This document shows positions 21,628 through 32,755 of a DNA stretch of 64,000 nt, in pieces (the first letter of the stretch is position 1; every line of letters starts with the position of its first letter). Position numbers and translations under genes: made by a program. The notes under the pieces were generated by a model. That model was not told the origin of the DNA, did not search any database, and saw only the letters and a list, made by a program, of their open reading frames with translations. Origin of the DNA: Cyanobacteriota bacterium (lineage in GTDB: Bacteria; Cyanobacteriota; Cyanobacteriia; Cyanobacteriales; Nostocaceae); assembly GCA_046045965.1 (NCBI GenBank), contig JBJOKS010000008.1:100676-164675 (forward strand). Direction: 5' to 3'.

Positions 21628-23379
21628 CTATCTTAGTAACTCTTCTACTTGATGCTGACTCCACAATTTCTGATATAATCCCGGTTGTTCCACAAGTTCT
21701 GAATGTTTTCCCATTTGGACAATTTTACCCCTTTCCATGACCATAATTCTATCAGCAGTAGCGGCAGCAGAAAGTTGATGGGTGATGAAAATCACGGTTT
21801 TCTTTTGAGTACCGCTGGAAAGATTTTTTAAGATGTCTGTAGCTGTTTGATTATCGACACTGGAAAGGGCATCATCTAAAATTAAAACTGGAGCATCAAT
21901 TAACATTGCTCTAGCTAAAGCTGTACGTTGTCGCTGACCACCGGAAAGGGTAATTCCTCTTTCACCAACGATTGTTTCATATTGCTGGGGAAAATTGTTG
22001 ATTTCAGCTTCTATTTGAGCAAGACGAGCAACTGTTTCCACGCTTTCTTGTTCGCGGATGGGGTCGCCATAACGGATATTATTTTTAATGGTGGTGCTGA
22101 ATAAAAAACTATCTTGAGGTACATAAGCGATCGCACCTCTTAAATCATTTAAAGTTATTTTGGTAATATCCAACCCATCTAAAAATAATTGTCCAGCTTC
22201 AATATCCAACAACCGGGGTAAAGCATTAGCTAAAGTTGATTTTCCGCAGCCAATAGCGCCGACAATTGCCACAACTTCCCCAGGAGAAATAGTAAAGTTA
22301 ATATTATCTAAAGCTGGGATATTAGCATCAGGATAAGTGTAACTGAGATTTTTAGCTGTTACTTCCCCTTTAATTGCATTTTCTGGGAGAGAGATAGCAT
22401 CTGGTGGATCTTGGATTTTCGGTGTTACACTCAAAATTGATTCTAGGCGGTCAATACTGACTTCACCTCTTTGGTAAGTAGTAATTGTAAATCCTAGTAA
22501 AGCCGTGGGGAAAACTAAACGCTCTACATAAATTAATAAAGCCAGAAAATCACCCACAGCTAAAGAACCAGAAGATATCCGCATAGTTCCCAACCAAATA
22601 ATAATTAGGGAACTGATATTAGCTAAACCACCAATAAGGGGAAATAAAGTATTTCGGGTTCGTGCTAATGAAAGATTAGCTGTTAATAAATCCTGATTTT
22701 TCTTTTGAAAAGCTCGACGCTCATTTTCTTCTTGAGCGTAAATTTTAATCAAAGAAATACCGCTAATATCTTCTTGAATTAACTCACTCATCTCCGATAA
22801 TTGTTCCTGTAAAAAGGCTTGTTGTGTTCGCAAGCGATCGCTAAACAAATGCACCAACAGAAACATAAACGGATAAACTGCCAGAGAAGCTAAAGTCAAA
22901 TCTACACTAATTGATAGCATCACTGGCAGCGTCAGAGTATAAGCAAAAAAAGTATTTGCTAAACTCAATACCGCAAAACCTAACAACCGTCTGATATTTT
23001 CTACATCACTGGTAGCGCGACTAATTAAATCACCAGGAGTATTACTGGCAAAATAAGCCGGTTCCAATTTCAGTAAATGCTGAAAAATCCGCTGTTTTAG
23101 TTCAAATTCAACCTGACGACCCACACCAAAAATCCAGATGCGGGAAGCCATACGCATCAGTAACATTGCGGAACTGAGCGCAATAATGATAATTACATAA
23201 CGTAGTACCTGATCCAAACTAAAAGTTGTTGAAAGTGTATCTACCCCAGAGCGAATAAGCAAAGGAATATAAACGCCTAGCCCATTGACAGACAATAAAG
23301 CAACAATGCCTAAAGCCGTCTCCCGCCAATGGGGACGTAGGTAACTACCGAGTTTAGCAAGCCGTCGAGATTGTGCCAT
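21628..23379 (-). CDS. ABC exporter, fused permease/ATPase (MdlA-like)
   Basis: TM domain, GAIGCGKST, LSGGQRQR, LILDD. Confidence 0.93.
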   Translation of the reverse strand: MAQSRRLAKLGSYLRPHWRETALGIVALLSVNGLGVYIPLLIRSGVDTLSTTFSLDQVLRYVIIIIALSSAMLLMRMASRIWIFGVGRQVEFELKQRIFQHLLKLEPAYFASNTPGDLISRATSDVENIRRLLGFAVLSLANTFFAYTLTLPVMLSISVDLTLASLAVYPFMFLLVHLFSDRLRTQQAFLQEQLSEMSELIQEDISGISLIKIYAQEENERRAFQKKNQDLLTANLSLARTRNTLFPLIGGLANISSLIIIWLGTMRISSGSLAVGDFLALLIYVERLVFPTALLGFTITTYQRGEVSIDRLESILSVTPKIQDPPDAISLPENAIKGEVTAKNLSYTYPDANIPALDNINFTISPGEVVAIVGAIGCGKSTLANALPRLLDIEAGQLFLDGLDITKITLNDLRGAIAYVPQDSFLFSTTIKNNIRYGDPIREQESVETVARLAQIEAEINNFPQQYETIVGERGITLSGGQRQRTALARAMLIDAPVLILDDALSSVDNQTATDILKNLSSGTQKKTVIFITHQLSAAATADRIMVMERGKIVQMGKHSELVEQPGLYQKLWSQHQVEELLR

Positions 23380-23504
23380 TCCAGCAATTTTACAACTTTC
23401 TCATCCTAACTGGCAAAAGGCATAGGGCAAAAGGCAAGAGGTTAATTTCTTCTAACTCCTGACTCCTGAAAGGGCGAACGGCCGTTCGCCCCTACGACTC
23501 CTGA

Positions 23505-24134
23505 TCATGAGCGCCCACGCAAGAAAACATAAATCTGGTTAAGATAACTTTCCCAAACTTGGGTTGTTAGTTGCAGGGTTTCCGCATTAGGTACAAAGTC
23601 TTCTACACGCAACCCTCTTGTACTGATAGCTTGAGGATTTTGTAGTAGATAGGATGGGACTCTCATATCTCCCACAGGTAGGATGCCATTTCCTATGACA
23701 TCAGAGATGTTATTTGAGGTAGTGTTTGCAGGACCAAAAGCTACCAATGTCGGAGAAGGCGCTATAGCTGCAACGGGTGATCTGACTAAAAAGTAAGCAA
23801 TAGCTGGTGTACTGGACAATAACAAAATTGTCAGCGCCCAAGCTAGTAAGTTTCCTCCCGGTTTCTCTATCCCACCTCCTTTGATTTTTTGAGCAGCAAG
23901 CATCAACATTAAAGCGGATGCTCCCAAAGGCTTGAGAGGAAAAGATATAAACCGCCACAGGGAAGCCACCGCTGGTTCAGAAGGATTCAGAAATGCCAAA
24001 GCTAAAACAACAAGTACAAGCCCTAATACAAATCGTCCCACAAAGCTTACTGTTGGGTAGAATCTTTGGAACAAAGAATAGGCAATAACGCCAATTAACA
24101 GCCACAGTAAGACCCGGCTTAGTAATTGAAACAT
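23505..24134 (-). CDS. Hypothetical membrane protein (ends resemble cyanobacterial YdcF/DUF218 proteins)
   Basis: Several TM helices, FPLKPLG, C-terminal FVPNAETLQLTT..YL..IY.FLRG. Confidence 0.6.
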   Translation of the reverse strand: MFQLLSRVLLWLLIGVIAYSLFQRFYPTVSFVGRFVLGLVLVVLALAFLNPSEPAVASLWRFISFPLKPLGASALMLMLAAQKIKGGGIEKPGGNLLAWALTILLLSSTPAIAYFLVRSPVAAIAPSPTLVAFGPANTTSNNISDVIGNGILPVGDMRVPSYLLQNPQAISTRGLRVEDFVPNAETLQLTTQVWESYLNQIYVFLRGRS

Positions 24135-24512
24135 AGATTAACTCTCTAATTTTCTCGTGCGGCTGGTCTAGAGGATAAGGTATAGCAACAGTCAAGGCGG
24201 TTAGGACTTCAGTATGGTAATGAAACTCTGGCTAAAACAGGGTTTTACTCCTGACTCCTGTACGGGTGAACGGCCGTTCGTCCCTCCTGACTCCTGACTC
24301 CTGCTATAAATGGGTTTATTTTATCGTCAAACTGCAATTTCTCAGTGACTTAAAAATAACTCAAAGCTCACGCACACAGACTACCGTCGTAGTGATTTTA
24401 GTGCAATTTTTTGACCCTGAGTGTATTATTTGGAATTTTTCAAAAGACTAACCTAACACCAGTGGACTAAATTAATTGAGTAGTCGTCGTTAACTCGTTA
24501 AAAGGAAAAACT

Positions 24513-25511
24513 ATGTCGTCGCAAAAGCCCACGATTTTGGTAACAGGGGGAGCAGGTTATATTGGTTCTCATGCAGTGCTGGCTCTAGTCCAAGCTGGTT
24601 ATCAGGTGAAAATCCTTGATAATCTGGTCTATGGGCATCGGGATCTGGTAGAACAGGTTTTGCAGGTAGAATTGATTGCAGGTGATATAGAAGATCGCCC
24701 TCTGTTGGATCATCTATTTCAAACTCACAACATAGAAGCTGTTATGCACTTTTCTGCCTATGCCTATGTGGGTGAATCTGTTACCAATCCTGCTAAATAC
24801 TACCGCAATAACGTTGTTGCAACTTTGACGTTATTGGAAGCGATGCTGTCAGCGTCTATTAAAAAATTTGTCTTTTCTTCTACCTGTGCTACTTACGGAG
24901 TGCCACAATTTATCCCCATCACCGAAGATCATCCCCAACATCCTATTAACCCCTATGGCGCTACTAAGTTGATGGTAGAAAGGATTCTCTTGGATTTTGA
25001 TGTAGCCTATGGGTTAAAATCTGTGTGTTTCCGCTATTTTAATGCTGCTGGTGCTGATCCTCGTGGCTTATTAGGAGAGGATCACGATCCAGAAACTCAT
25101 TTAATACCTTTGGTATTGCAAACAGCTTTAGGTAAACGGGAATCAATTTCAGTATTTGGTACTGATTATCCTACCCCTGATGGTACTTGTATTCGTGATT
25201 ATATTCACGTTTCTGATTTAGCAGATGCCCATATTTTAGGGTTGGAATATCTACTTCAAGGTGGTGAAAGTGAAGTTTTCAATTTAGGTAATGGTAATGG
25301 CTTTTCTGTTAAAGAAGTCATTAGTGCCGCCCAGGAAATAACAGGAATAAATATACCTATACAAGAGTGCGATCGCCGTCCCGGTGATCCTCCTTCTCTT
25401 ATTGGTAGCAGTGAAAAAGCTAGAAAAATATTAAATTGGCAACCTCAATATCCTGGTATTCAAGATATTGTCACTCACGCTTGGAACTGGCATCAAAAAC
25501 GACATAAGTAG
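24513..25511 (+). CDS. galE: UDP-glucose 4-epimerase
   Basis: GGAGYIGSH, YGATK, RYFNAAGA, DGTCIRDYIHV. Confidence 0.96.
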   Translation: MSSQKPTILVTGGAGYIGSHAVLALVQAGYQVKILDNLVYGHRDLVEQVLQVELIAGDIEDRPLLDHLFQTHNIEAVMHFSAYAYVGESVTNPAKYYRNNVVATLTLLEAMLSASIKKFVFSSTCATYGVPQFIPITEDHPQHPINPYGATKLMVERILLDFDVAYGLKSVCFRYFNAAGADPRGLLGEDHDPETHLIPLVLQTALGKRESISVFGTDYPTPDGTCIRDYIHVSDLADAHILGLEYLLQGGESEVFNLGNGNGFSVKEVISAAQEITGINIPIQECDRRPGDPPSLIGSSEKARKILNWQPQYPGIQDIVTHAWNWHQKRHK

Positions 25512-25634
25512 GGACTGGGAACTGGGGACTCTTAAGAAAGCAGGGGAGGCAGGGGAGGCAGGGGAAGCAGGGGAGGAATATTAACTTTTACCTTTTGCTT
25601 TTTGCTTTCTGTTCCCTATTACCTTATTTATGAA

Positions 25635-26225
25635 TTACGAATTACCCCTCATAGTTTGCACTAAGAAAACTACAATGCCTATAGATAACAGGAAAATTGC
25701 CACGATAATTATAGGCTGTGCTAACGCTTTTGCCGCAGTTTGTTGTTGATTTATCTCAGTTACATTTTCTCCTGCTTGTGTTGCTGCTACTGCTTTACCT
25801 GCGGCCACGGTGACTTGAAACTTTAATTCAAAAGGTCGAAAACTCGCATCTGTTGCTGGTTTACCACTCAGTTGCAGTTCATAAACCCCTGGTTTGGGAA
25901 AAGTAATTTCTGCCCCTGGTATGCCTTGATACCGTTCAGCATCAACAGGTTTTAAGGGAGGTTCAAGCAGTGCGGGTTCTCCTGGTGTATGAGGTTCGGC
26001 ATAAATAGCCAATTGACAATTACACTCTTTTAAGGGTAAAACTTTACCACCTTTACGAGTCAAAGCAAACCAAGTTTGGGCAGCTTCACCAGCACGGGGA
26101 TTATCATTGGGTTCAATGTGAATAGTACCACCAATATCACCTGATATTTTGACCGTATGGGCAGAAGCAACAGGAAGAGATGTAAATGATAGAAATAATA
26201 AAAGTGGTAATAATTTGTAATTCAT
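25635..26225 (-). CDS. Exported hypothetical protein with C-terminal membrane anchor
   Basis: Signal peptide ending ASA-H, HIEPNDNP, C-terminal TM helix. Confidence 0.7.
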   Translation of the reverse strand: MNYKLLPLLLFLSFTSLPVASAHTVKISGDIGGTIHIEPNDNPRAGEAAQTWFALTRKGGKVLPLKECNCQLAIYAEPHTPGEPALLEPPLKPVDAERYQGIPGAEITFPKPGVYELQLSGKPATDASFRPFELKFQVTVAAGKAVAATQAGENVTEINQQQTAAKALAQPIIIVAIFLLSIGIVVFLVQTMRGNS

Positions 26226-26269
26226 AATTGAAGGCAGGAGGCAGGAGGCAGAAGTTTTTAATTTTTAAT

Positions 26270-27502
26270 TTATTTGTTATCTGTCTTCTTTGGGGGAATA
26301 TAATACTTTTCAATATTTAAAATTGACCACAAAAAGCGCGATCGCAATAATAAAACACCAAGGGTAATTATTACTAATAACAAAGTTGCTAATCTATTAC
26401 CCCAAGTCAATCTTAAAGCACCCAAGTAATGAGAACCAATCAATACTACATGAATAACAGTCAATAGCAAAGCGGGAACGCTCAAAAGATGAATTTGTCG
26501 CCAAAGCTTACCTAAAGACTTTTGCAGAAAATCGAAACTTGTACAAGCCGCAGGAATCATCAACACCAAAGCCACAACTCCTGCACCCATTCCCCATTGA
26601 AATTCTAGCGGTAAGAACCAAAAAGCGGCAAAATTCCATTCTAGAGAGTGTTCTATATTATGAATGGTATGTACCACGGACAGGACAAAAGCCCCTACTC
26701 CGAAAGCCCGACGGTAGCGCATGGGTGATGACCACAAACCACTGAGAGGACGAGCAACTAACGCCAAAATTAAGCAGATCAGGGCAGCGTGTCCACTGTA
26801 GTCTACCATTGTGTCACCAGTTCGCAATAGAGTAATTGCGCCAATGATCAGTGTCACCCAACCACCCAAGCGAAATAACTGACTACGGCGATCTTTACTC
26901 ATTAAGGAAATAGAAACACCTACTCCCAACATCGTCGGTAGAGTTCCCAAGCCAAAGGCTAACATAGTAATTGCACCATGCCACAAATTACCTGTAGCTG
27001 CGGCTTTAATTTGAGCAGCGTATAAAAAACCGCAAGGCATTAAACCCCAAGTCATGCCCAAAAGTGCTGGTGTCCACCATTTTGTATGTAAGGATAGTTT
27101 CACCATGCCCGCACTTAGTCGGTTATGTAAACTACCTTTTAAGAGAGGATGTAGTAAGGGAATATGCGGTAATAAGTCTGGCTTAACTTGTCCTAAACCA
27201 AACCAAATTAACATGATACCAGTAATTATAGCTATCCAGCGGCGTAAATCACTACCAATTCCCGCTAATTGTCCACCTTCAACTAATACCGAACCGAGAG
27301 CGCCAATACCTGCACCGACTAGAGCATAGCTCAACATCCGCCCTAAGTTTAGCAGAGTATGAAATTTTAATTGCTGTTGCCAACCCTGAGTTTGTTCTTG
27401 ATGGGAAAGGGAAAACGCCACTGCTAGAGGTCCACACATCCCAAAACAATGTCCAAAACTCCCCAGAAAACCCAGGATGGTGATCAGCAATAAATCTAGC
27501 AT
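26270..27502 (-). CDS. DsbD_2/UreH-like (TauE/SafE-annotated) membrane protein fused to a ferric-reductase-like TM domain
   Basis: HCFGMCG and GLMPCGFLY motifs; RRAFGV..H, W RQIHLL..H heme-type His pattern. Confidence 0.75.
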   Translation of the reverse strand: MLDLLLITILGFLGSFGHCFGMCGPLAVAFSLSHQEQTQGWQQQLKFHTLLNLGRMLSYALVGAGIGALGSVLVEGGQLAGIGSDLRRWIAIITGIMLIWFGLGQVKPDLLPHIPLLHPLLKGSLHNRLSAGMVKLSLHTKWWTPALLGMTWGLMPCGFLYAAQIKAAATGNLWHGAITMLAFGLGTLPTMLGVGVSISLMSKDRRSQLFRLGGWVTLIIGAITLLRTGDTMVDYSGHAALICLILALVARPLSGLWSSPMRYRRAFGVGAFVLSVVHTIHNIEHSLEWNFAAFWFLPLEFQWGMGAGVVALVLMIPAACTSFDFLQKSLGKLWRQIHLLSVPALLLTVIHVVLIGSHYLGALRLTWGNRLATLLLVIITLGVLLLRSRFLWSILNIEKYYIPPKKTDNK

Positions 27503-27658
27503 AAGTAAAGTTCTGAGTCCTGAGTTATGAGTTCTGAGGCAGAAGTCAGAACTTTTCTAGATGGCAAATTTACGCTAAATTAGCGATTTTGTCAAAAGAC
27601 AACCTGTAAAACGTGGTGTTTGCGTTATCTTGAAGTCGGAAAGACAAGGTTATTGAAC

Positions 27659-28693
27659 ATGAAAAAATGGCTGTGGCTATTATTGATCATGCTGAGTGCA
27701 ATAGCGGTGATGGGTATTAGTGGTTTTTTACAGCAACCTGAGATTTTACCCATCGTTGACAATACTCCCATAGAACAACCCCAACTACAACCAGAAGCGG
27801 AAAATAAGAATCTTGATATTCAGAATACTGCTACTCCAACAGTATCTGCTGATCAACTTTTAGCACATATTCAAAAGTTGAATTTTCAGCGATATACAGC
27901 AAAAGAAAGATATCTAACCCGTAGATATATCACAAATCAATTACAAAAATACGGATGGAAACCCCAAATCGAAAAATTCCCTACAGGTGTAAATATTTTT
28001 ACTCAAAAACCAGGAACAGACAAAACTGCTGGGGCTATTCTCATTGCTGCCCATTATGATACTGTTGATTCATCTCCTGGTGCTGATGATAATGCCTCTG
28101 GTGTAGCTGTGGTCTTAGAAATTGCTAGACTTTTCGCTAATTATCCCACACCTAAAACATTGCAGTTAGCTTTTTTTGACAAAGAAGAAGCAGGACTTTT
28201 AGGAAGTCAAGCTTTTGTGAAACAAGCAAAACGTTTACAAAATATCCGGGGTGTGATTGTGATGGATATGGTCGGTTATGCTTGTTATACCGCTGGCTGT
28301 CAGCAATATCCATCAGGACTTCCTGTAACTCCTCCCAGTGACAAAGGTGATTTTTTAGCTGTGGTTGGTGATATAGAACATTTACCTTTATTGAATGCTT
28401 TTAGCAACACTAATCAAAATTTACCCGCAGTTTTGACATTACCCATACCGTTTAAAGGTTTGTTAACACCTGACACTTTAAGAAGTGATCATGCTCCCTT
28501 TTGGTATCAAGGAGTGGGTGCTGTTTTGGTGACAGATACAGCTAATTTGCGTAGTCCTAATTATCATCAACCCAGTGATTTACCAAAAAATATTGAACGT
28601 TCATTTTTCACAGGTGCAGCGCAAATTATTGTCAATTCTACTACTAGAATATTAGAGCAATCGGGCTTTTTCACAACTCCACCAGCCACTTAA
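27659..28693 (+). CDS. M28 family peptidase
   Basis: AHYD, GADDNASG, FDKEEAGLLGS, SDHAPF, YH. Confidence 0.9.
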   Translation: MKKWLWLLLIMLSAIAVMGISGFLQQPEILPIVDNTPIEQPQLQPEAENKNLDIQNTATPTVSADQLLAHIQKLNFQRYTAKERYLTRRYITNQLQKYGWKPQIEKFPTGVNIFTQKPGTDKTAGAILIAAHYDTVDSSPGADDNASGVAVVLEIARLFANYPTPKTLQLAFFDKEEAGLLGSQAFVKQAKRLQNIRGVIVMDMVGYACYTAGCQQYPSGLPVTPPSDKGDFLAVVGDIEHLPLLNAFSNTNQNLPAVLTLPIPFKGLLTPDTLRSDHAPFWYQGVGAVLVTDTANLRSPNYHQPSDLPKNIERSFFTGAAQIIVNSTTRILEQSGFFTTPPAT

Positions 28694-29130
28694 TTGACCT
28701 TGAGTTTAGGAAAAGTTAAAGTCCAGTTTTGGGGATTATTTAGTTGGAAATATAAACCTTGGAATATCATTTTCACAGCAATGCGACTTCTAATATGGTG
28801 CTTAATTAAAGATGTTCCTGGTTCGGCAAACACATCGTCATAATTTTGCTTGTGTCCAAAGGGATGGGAACAGTATTTGCGATCGCCTGGAACTGATAAC
28901 ATGAAAAATCTGCTTTCTTTATATTCATCAGGAACTTGAAAAATCCCATATACATGATGTTCACCCAGCCAAGGTTTAACAACAACCTGAGTTGCTTGCA
29001 CTTGGAAGTTTTGTTTTTTCAATCTTAGTAAAGATACCAGACTGCAATTAGAATCATTTACAGGCCACCAAATAATAATAAGTAGTAACGAAAACAGAAA
29101 AATTAAACCATAAATTATTGGACGACGCAT
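28690..29130 (-). CDS. Hypothetical protein with N-terminal TM helix
   Basis: 146-aa ORF with ATG start and hydrophobic N-terminus. Confidence 0.6.
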   Translation of the reverse strand: MRRPIIYGLIFLFSLLLIIIWWPVNDSNCSLVSLLRLKKQNFQVQATQVVVKPWLGEHHVYGIFQVPDEYKESRFFMLSVPGDRKYCSHPFGHKQNYDDVFAEPGTSLIKHHIRSRIAVKMIFQGLYFQLNNPQNWTLTFPKLKVN

Positions 29131-29639
29131 ATCAAAATCCTATCTGATGTATGAAAATGGATTCAGAACTCCAAATTCTTCAACAACTTGGTGATCCATA
29201 TCCTGAGTGTTTGATGTTTAATTACAACAGATTTTCAGTAAAGTCAGTACAAAAATTAAGAACAAAGTCTTATCCCAAGAGACTTTTAACCCTGTTCCCT
29301 GAATCCTGACACTTCTTAGCTATTGTATGTTCATTTACTTATAAAGAAATCGAGTGAGCCAAAACCACCGAAATAAAGTATCGTAGCAAGACAAAGATAC
29401 TTTATTGTACTTGAGGCGGTGGATGTAGGCGAACGGCTTGCCCCTTCAGGGGCAGTCATGGTACATTTTTTTCAACAGGAATGGTAATCAACCTGTATAA
29501 AAACCTAACTGCCTAACGGCAATCTGTACCTTGACAATTGAAGATATGGGGTTCTATTCCATAGTTCTAGTTCCTTGCCAGGAATAGGTAAAATCTTCAT
29601 GGGGGCTAGACGACACAGAATTTAAACTCAAACCAATTT

Positions 29640-29779
29640 GGAATCATCCACTAGGGAAGGGCATTCCCTAAGTAACGCTTGAGGAGAGAACTACCTCTGG
29701 GTTAGAAACTGCAAGGTATCTAGTCTAAGTGGACTCGTTGAATCAAGAATCTGCGCTCCTTTAGGACGCAGAGTGTCAA
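29640..29779 (+). mobile_element. IS200/IS605 right-end / tnpB 3' (omega-RNA-like) remnant
   Basis: ...GAATCAAGAATCTGCGCTCCTTTAGGACGCAGAGTGTCAA: subterminal hairpin ending TCAA, preceded by GGGCATTCCCTAAGTAACGCTTGAGGAGA resembling tnpB 3' ends. Confidence 0.65.
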
Positions 29780-29836
29780 AGTAGTCAAACACACTAAAAC
29801 CAGCTACAATCCCCTAAGTTGAGGTGCAGTAGAAAG

Positions 29837-31492
29837 ATGTTAAAAAAGAAAAGCTGGAAAAATATCAAGATAGTTGCAGGTGTCTCTAGTGCGATACCTG
29901 CGGTGAGCGTAGCTATCGCACTCACACAGTTTGTATTAGTAAACACTTCCGCACAAGCAGCAGATAAACTTGTTGTGCGCTATGGACCATTAGAAGAATC
30001 TGCTTCTCTTGCAGACTTAAAAAAAGCTGCGGAAACAGGAGAATTACCTGCTAGTTTAGGAACTTATACCAAAAGATTAACCGAACAACAACGCAATTTT
30101 CTAGTGCGGGGATTAAAACTTAGAGTACCTGTGAATGTTGTCACTCTTGATCGTTTACTCAATACTCAACTTGGGAACACAATTCTCAATGATATCTCCA
30201 CAGCTTTGAATCGCAAAGATCAAGCGGGAGTGCAAGCAATTAGAGCCGGTTTAATTTTAGGTGCAAATTCACCTCAAGGTCTATCTATACTCAGTTTTAT
30301 TAATGCCTATCCCAGCCAAAACCTAGAAATTAATGTACCACAAGCTTTGTCAGTAGCCAGAATTTTGAATATGGCTTTTTGGCGGACTCAGCAATTTATG
30401 TTGGCTATGACTCCCCGAATTGATCCTAGTAAAATACAAGCTGCTAGTTCTTTTGATCCTACACAACCAGGAAGCGCCCAAGTAGAAATATTAAATTTAA
30501 ATTTAAACGACGAAAAGCGTCAACGTAAAATTCCTGTTGATGTTTATTGGTCAAATTCTGCCAACACTGAAAAGCCTGTAATTGTCTTATCTCATGGTTT
30601 TGGCTTAGTTCGCACAGATTTACGCTATTTAGCTGAACATCTGGCTTCTCATGGTTATGTAGTCGCGGCTTTAGAACATCCTGGTAGTAATTTCACAGCT
30701 AACAAAGGCGCAAATTCTTTAAAACCCCAGGAATTTCTAGACCGACCCCGTGATATTAGTTTTGTGCTTGATGAATTAGAAAAACTCAACCAAAATGCTG
30801 ATAACCCATTACAAGGAAAACTGGCAACTAATAAAGTGATGGTTGCTGGTTTTTCTTTTGGTGGTACTACAGCTTTAGCATTAGCTGGTGGTGAGTTTCA
30901 ACTTGGCAGTCTTAAACAAACCTGTCAGCAAAATGCGGGTAAATTGAGTTTAGTACAAGGTTTTTTATGTGTAGCGAAAGAATTACCAGAAGATAGCTAC
31001 CAACTGCGAGATGAAAGAGTTAAACAGATAGTAGCTTTGAAGCCTGCTACTTCTTTATTATTTGGGGAAACTGGTTTAACAAAAGTGCAAGTACCAACTC
31101 TAATATTGACAGGTTCTTCCGATGACATCACCCCAACTTTAAGTGAACACATAACCAGTTTTGCTAAAATTCCCTCTCCTAAATGGTTAGCTGCTGCGGT
31201 TGGTGCTACACATTTGAGTGTGGTAGATCCTAGCCTCACTAATGATCAGGAAGGAAAAACAAACTCATCCATTTCTAGTCGGGAAGTAGTGGGTGAAAAA
31301 GCTGCGGATGTTCGCAAATATGTCAAAGCTGTAACTTTAGCTATGGCAGCGCAATTAACTCCAGAAGCTGATAAATATAGGGTGTTTCTGACTCCAGATT
31401 ATGCTCAAATAGCCTCAACTCGACTGTTCCCATTTCGGTTACTGACTGAAATTCCCCCCGCTGCTGCAATGGGTTTGATGCCGAGGAATTAG
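29837..31492 (+). CDS. DUF1400-domain alpha/beta hydrolase
   Basis: N-terminal DUF1400-like region, SHGFG, GFSFGG nucleophile elbow. Confidence 0.85.
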   Translation: MLKKKSWKNIKIVAGVSSAIPAVSVAIALTQFVLVNTSAQAADKLVVRYGPLEESASLADLKKAAETGELPASLGTYTKRLTEQQRNFLVRGLKLRVPVNVVTLDRLLNTQLGNTILNDISTALNRKDQAGVQAIRAGLILGANSPQGLSILSFINAYPSQNLEINVPQALSVARILNMAFWRTQQFMLAMTPRIDPSKIQAASSFDPTQPGSAQVEILNLNLNDEKRQRKIPVDVYWSNSANTEKPVIVLSHGFGLVRTDLRYLAEHLASHGYVVAALEHPGSNFTANKGANSLKPQEFLDRPRDISFVLDELEKLNQNADNPLQGKLATNKVMVAGFSFGGTTALALAGGEFQLGSLKQTCQQNAGKLSLVQGFLCVAKELPEDSYQLRDERVKQIVALKPATSLLFGETGLTKVQVPTLILTGSSDDITPTLSEHITSFAKIPSPKWLAAAVGATHLSVVDPSLTNDQEGKTNSSISSREVVGEKAADVRKYVKAVTLAMAAQLTPEADKYRVFLTPDYAQIASTRLFPFRLLTEIPPAAAMGLMPRN

Positions 31493-31733
31493 GTACTGGG
31501 GACTGGGTATTGGGGACTGGGGACTGGGGAGAATAATTAATGACAACTGATAACTGATAAATAAATACAAAAAAGGCTTGGAAGGGAAACCAAGCCCAGA
31601 CTTCACTCAGGGTAAAATATATTTTTAGCTTATAAGTTTTCCGTAATTTAAACATCCTCCTTAAGGAGTAATATTGATTGAGGTACTGAGGTTTTCCTCC
31701 GAGAATCTACTACTTAACCTTTTTAACTACATT

Positions 31734-31849
31734 TAAGTAGGTGAACAGAAAAATTTAAAGGTATGTGAAGAAAAGTAAAATCACCCAAAACTCTCTTCCT
31801 GTTCCCTGTTCCCTTGCCCCAAAGACAATTTTTAACGCCAACCTACTTA
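31734..31849. mobile_element. MITE-like element with TAAGTAGGT termini
   Basis: TAAGTAGGTG.. left and ..AACCTACTTA right inverted ends, ~116 bp. Confidence 0.5.
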
Positions 31850-32032
31850 GACACGTTTCTTGATTTTGATGGGGCGGGGTTTCCTACAGTTACAGAATAT
31901 TGCAGGTAAATGAAGTACACCCCTCCCAACTCTCCTCTTACAAAGGGGAAGATGCACGACAGCGCGGGTGGGGTATTTTTGTACTTCAGAAAGTTGAACC
32001 CCAGAGTGTTTTGTCCTCTTACGAGTTATGAA

Positions 32033-32755
32033 TTACCTTAATTTCTTTGCATCTGCAAACCGTTGATTAATTTCATCCCAGTTAACCACATTCCACCAAG
32101 ATTCCAAGTAATCAGTTCGACGGTTTTGATATTTGAGATAATAGGCGTGTTCCCATACATCATTACCAAAAATGGGATATTTTCCTGCCATTAAAGGACT
32201 ATCTTGATTTGCTGTAGTTGTAATTTCTAACTTACCGTTTTTGTTGCGAACTAACCAAACCCAACCGCTACCAAAACGACCTGCACCAGCTTCATTAAAC
32301 TGTTTTTTGAAATTTGCAAAACTACCAAAAGTTTTATTAATTGCGGTTGCTATTTCTCCAGTTGGTTCACCACCACCATTAGGTTTCATGATTTTCCAAA
32401 ACATGGAGTGGTTAACATGACCACCACCATTATTTCGGACTATAGTTCTAATATCTGCCGGCACATTATCAAGATTTTTCAACAGTGCTTCTACAGATTT
32501 GTTTTTCAGTTTTGGGTATTTGTCTAATGCTTTATTTAGGTTGTTCACATAGGCCGCATGGTGTTTTCCGTGATGGAACTCCATTGTTCTAGCGTCAATA
32601 TGCGGTTCTAGTGCGTCGTAAGCGTAGGGTAAAGGGGGTAGTTGAATAGCTGTGTTTGCAGGGGGAGAAGTTTCAGCGGAAGCATAATTATCTAAAATCA
32701 AAGCGCCCGCACTAGCACCCAGTAAAACTAAGAAATGACGACGATTGAAGCTCAT
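32033..32755 (-). CDS. sodA: Mn superoxide dismutase with twin-arginine signal
   Basis: NRRHFL Tat motif; [26 protein letters not shown]. Confidence 0.92.
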   Translation of the reverse strand: MSFNRRHFLVLLGASAGALILDNYASAETSPPANTAIQLPPLPYAYDALEPHIDARTMEFHHGKHHAAYVNNLNKALDKYPKLKNKSVEALLKNLDNVPADIRTIVRNNGGGHVNHSMFWKIMKPNGGGEPTGEIATAINKTFGSFANFKKQFNEAGAGRFGSGWVWLVRNKNGKLEITTTANQDSPLMAGKYPIFGNDVWEHAYYLKYQNRRTDYLESWWNVVNWDEINQRFADAKKLR

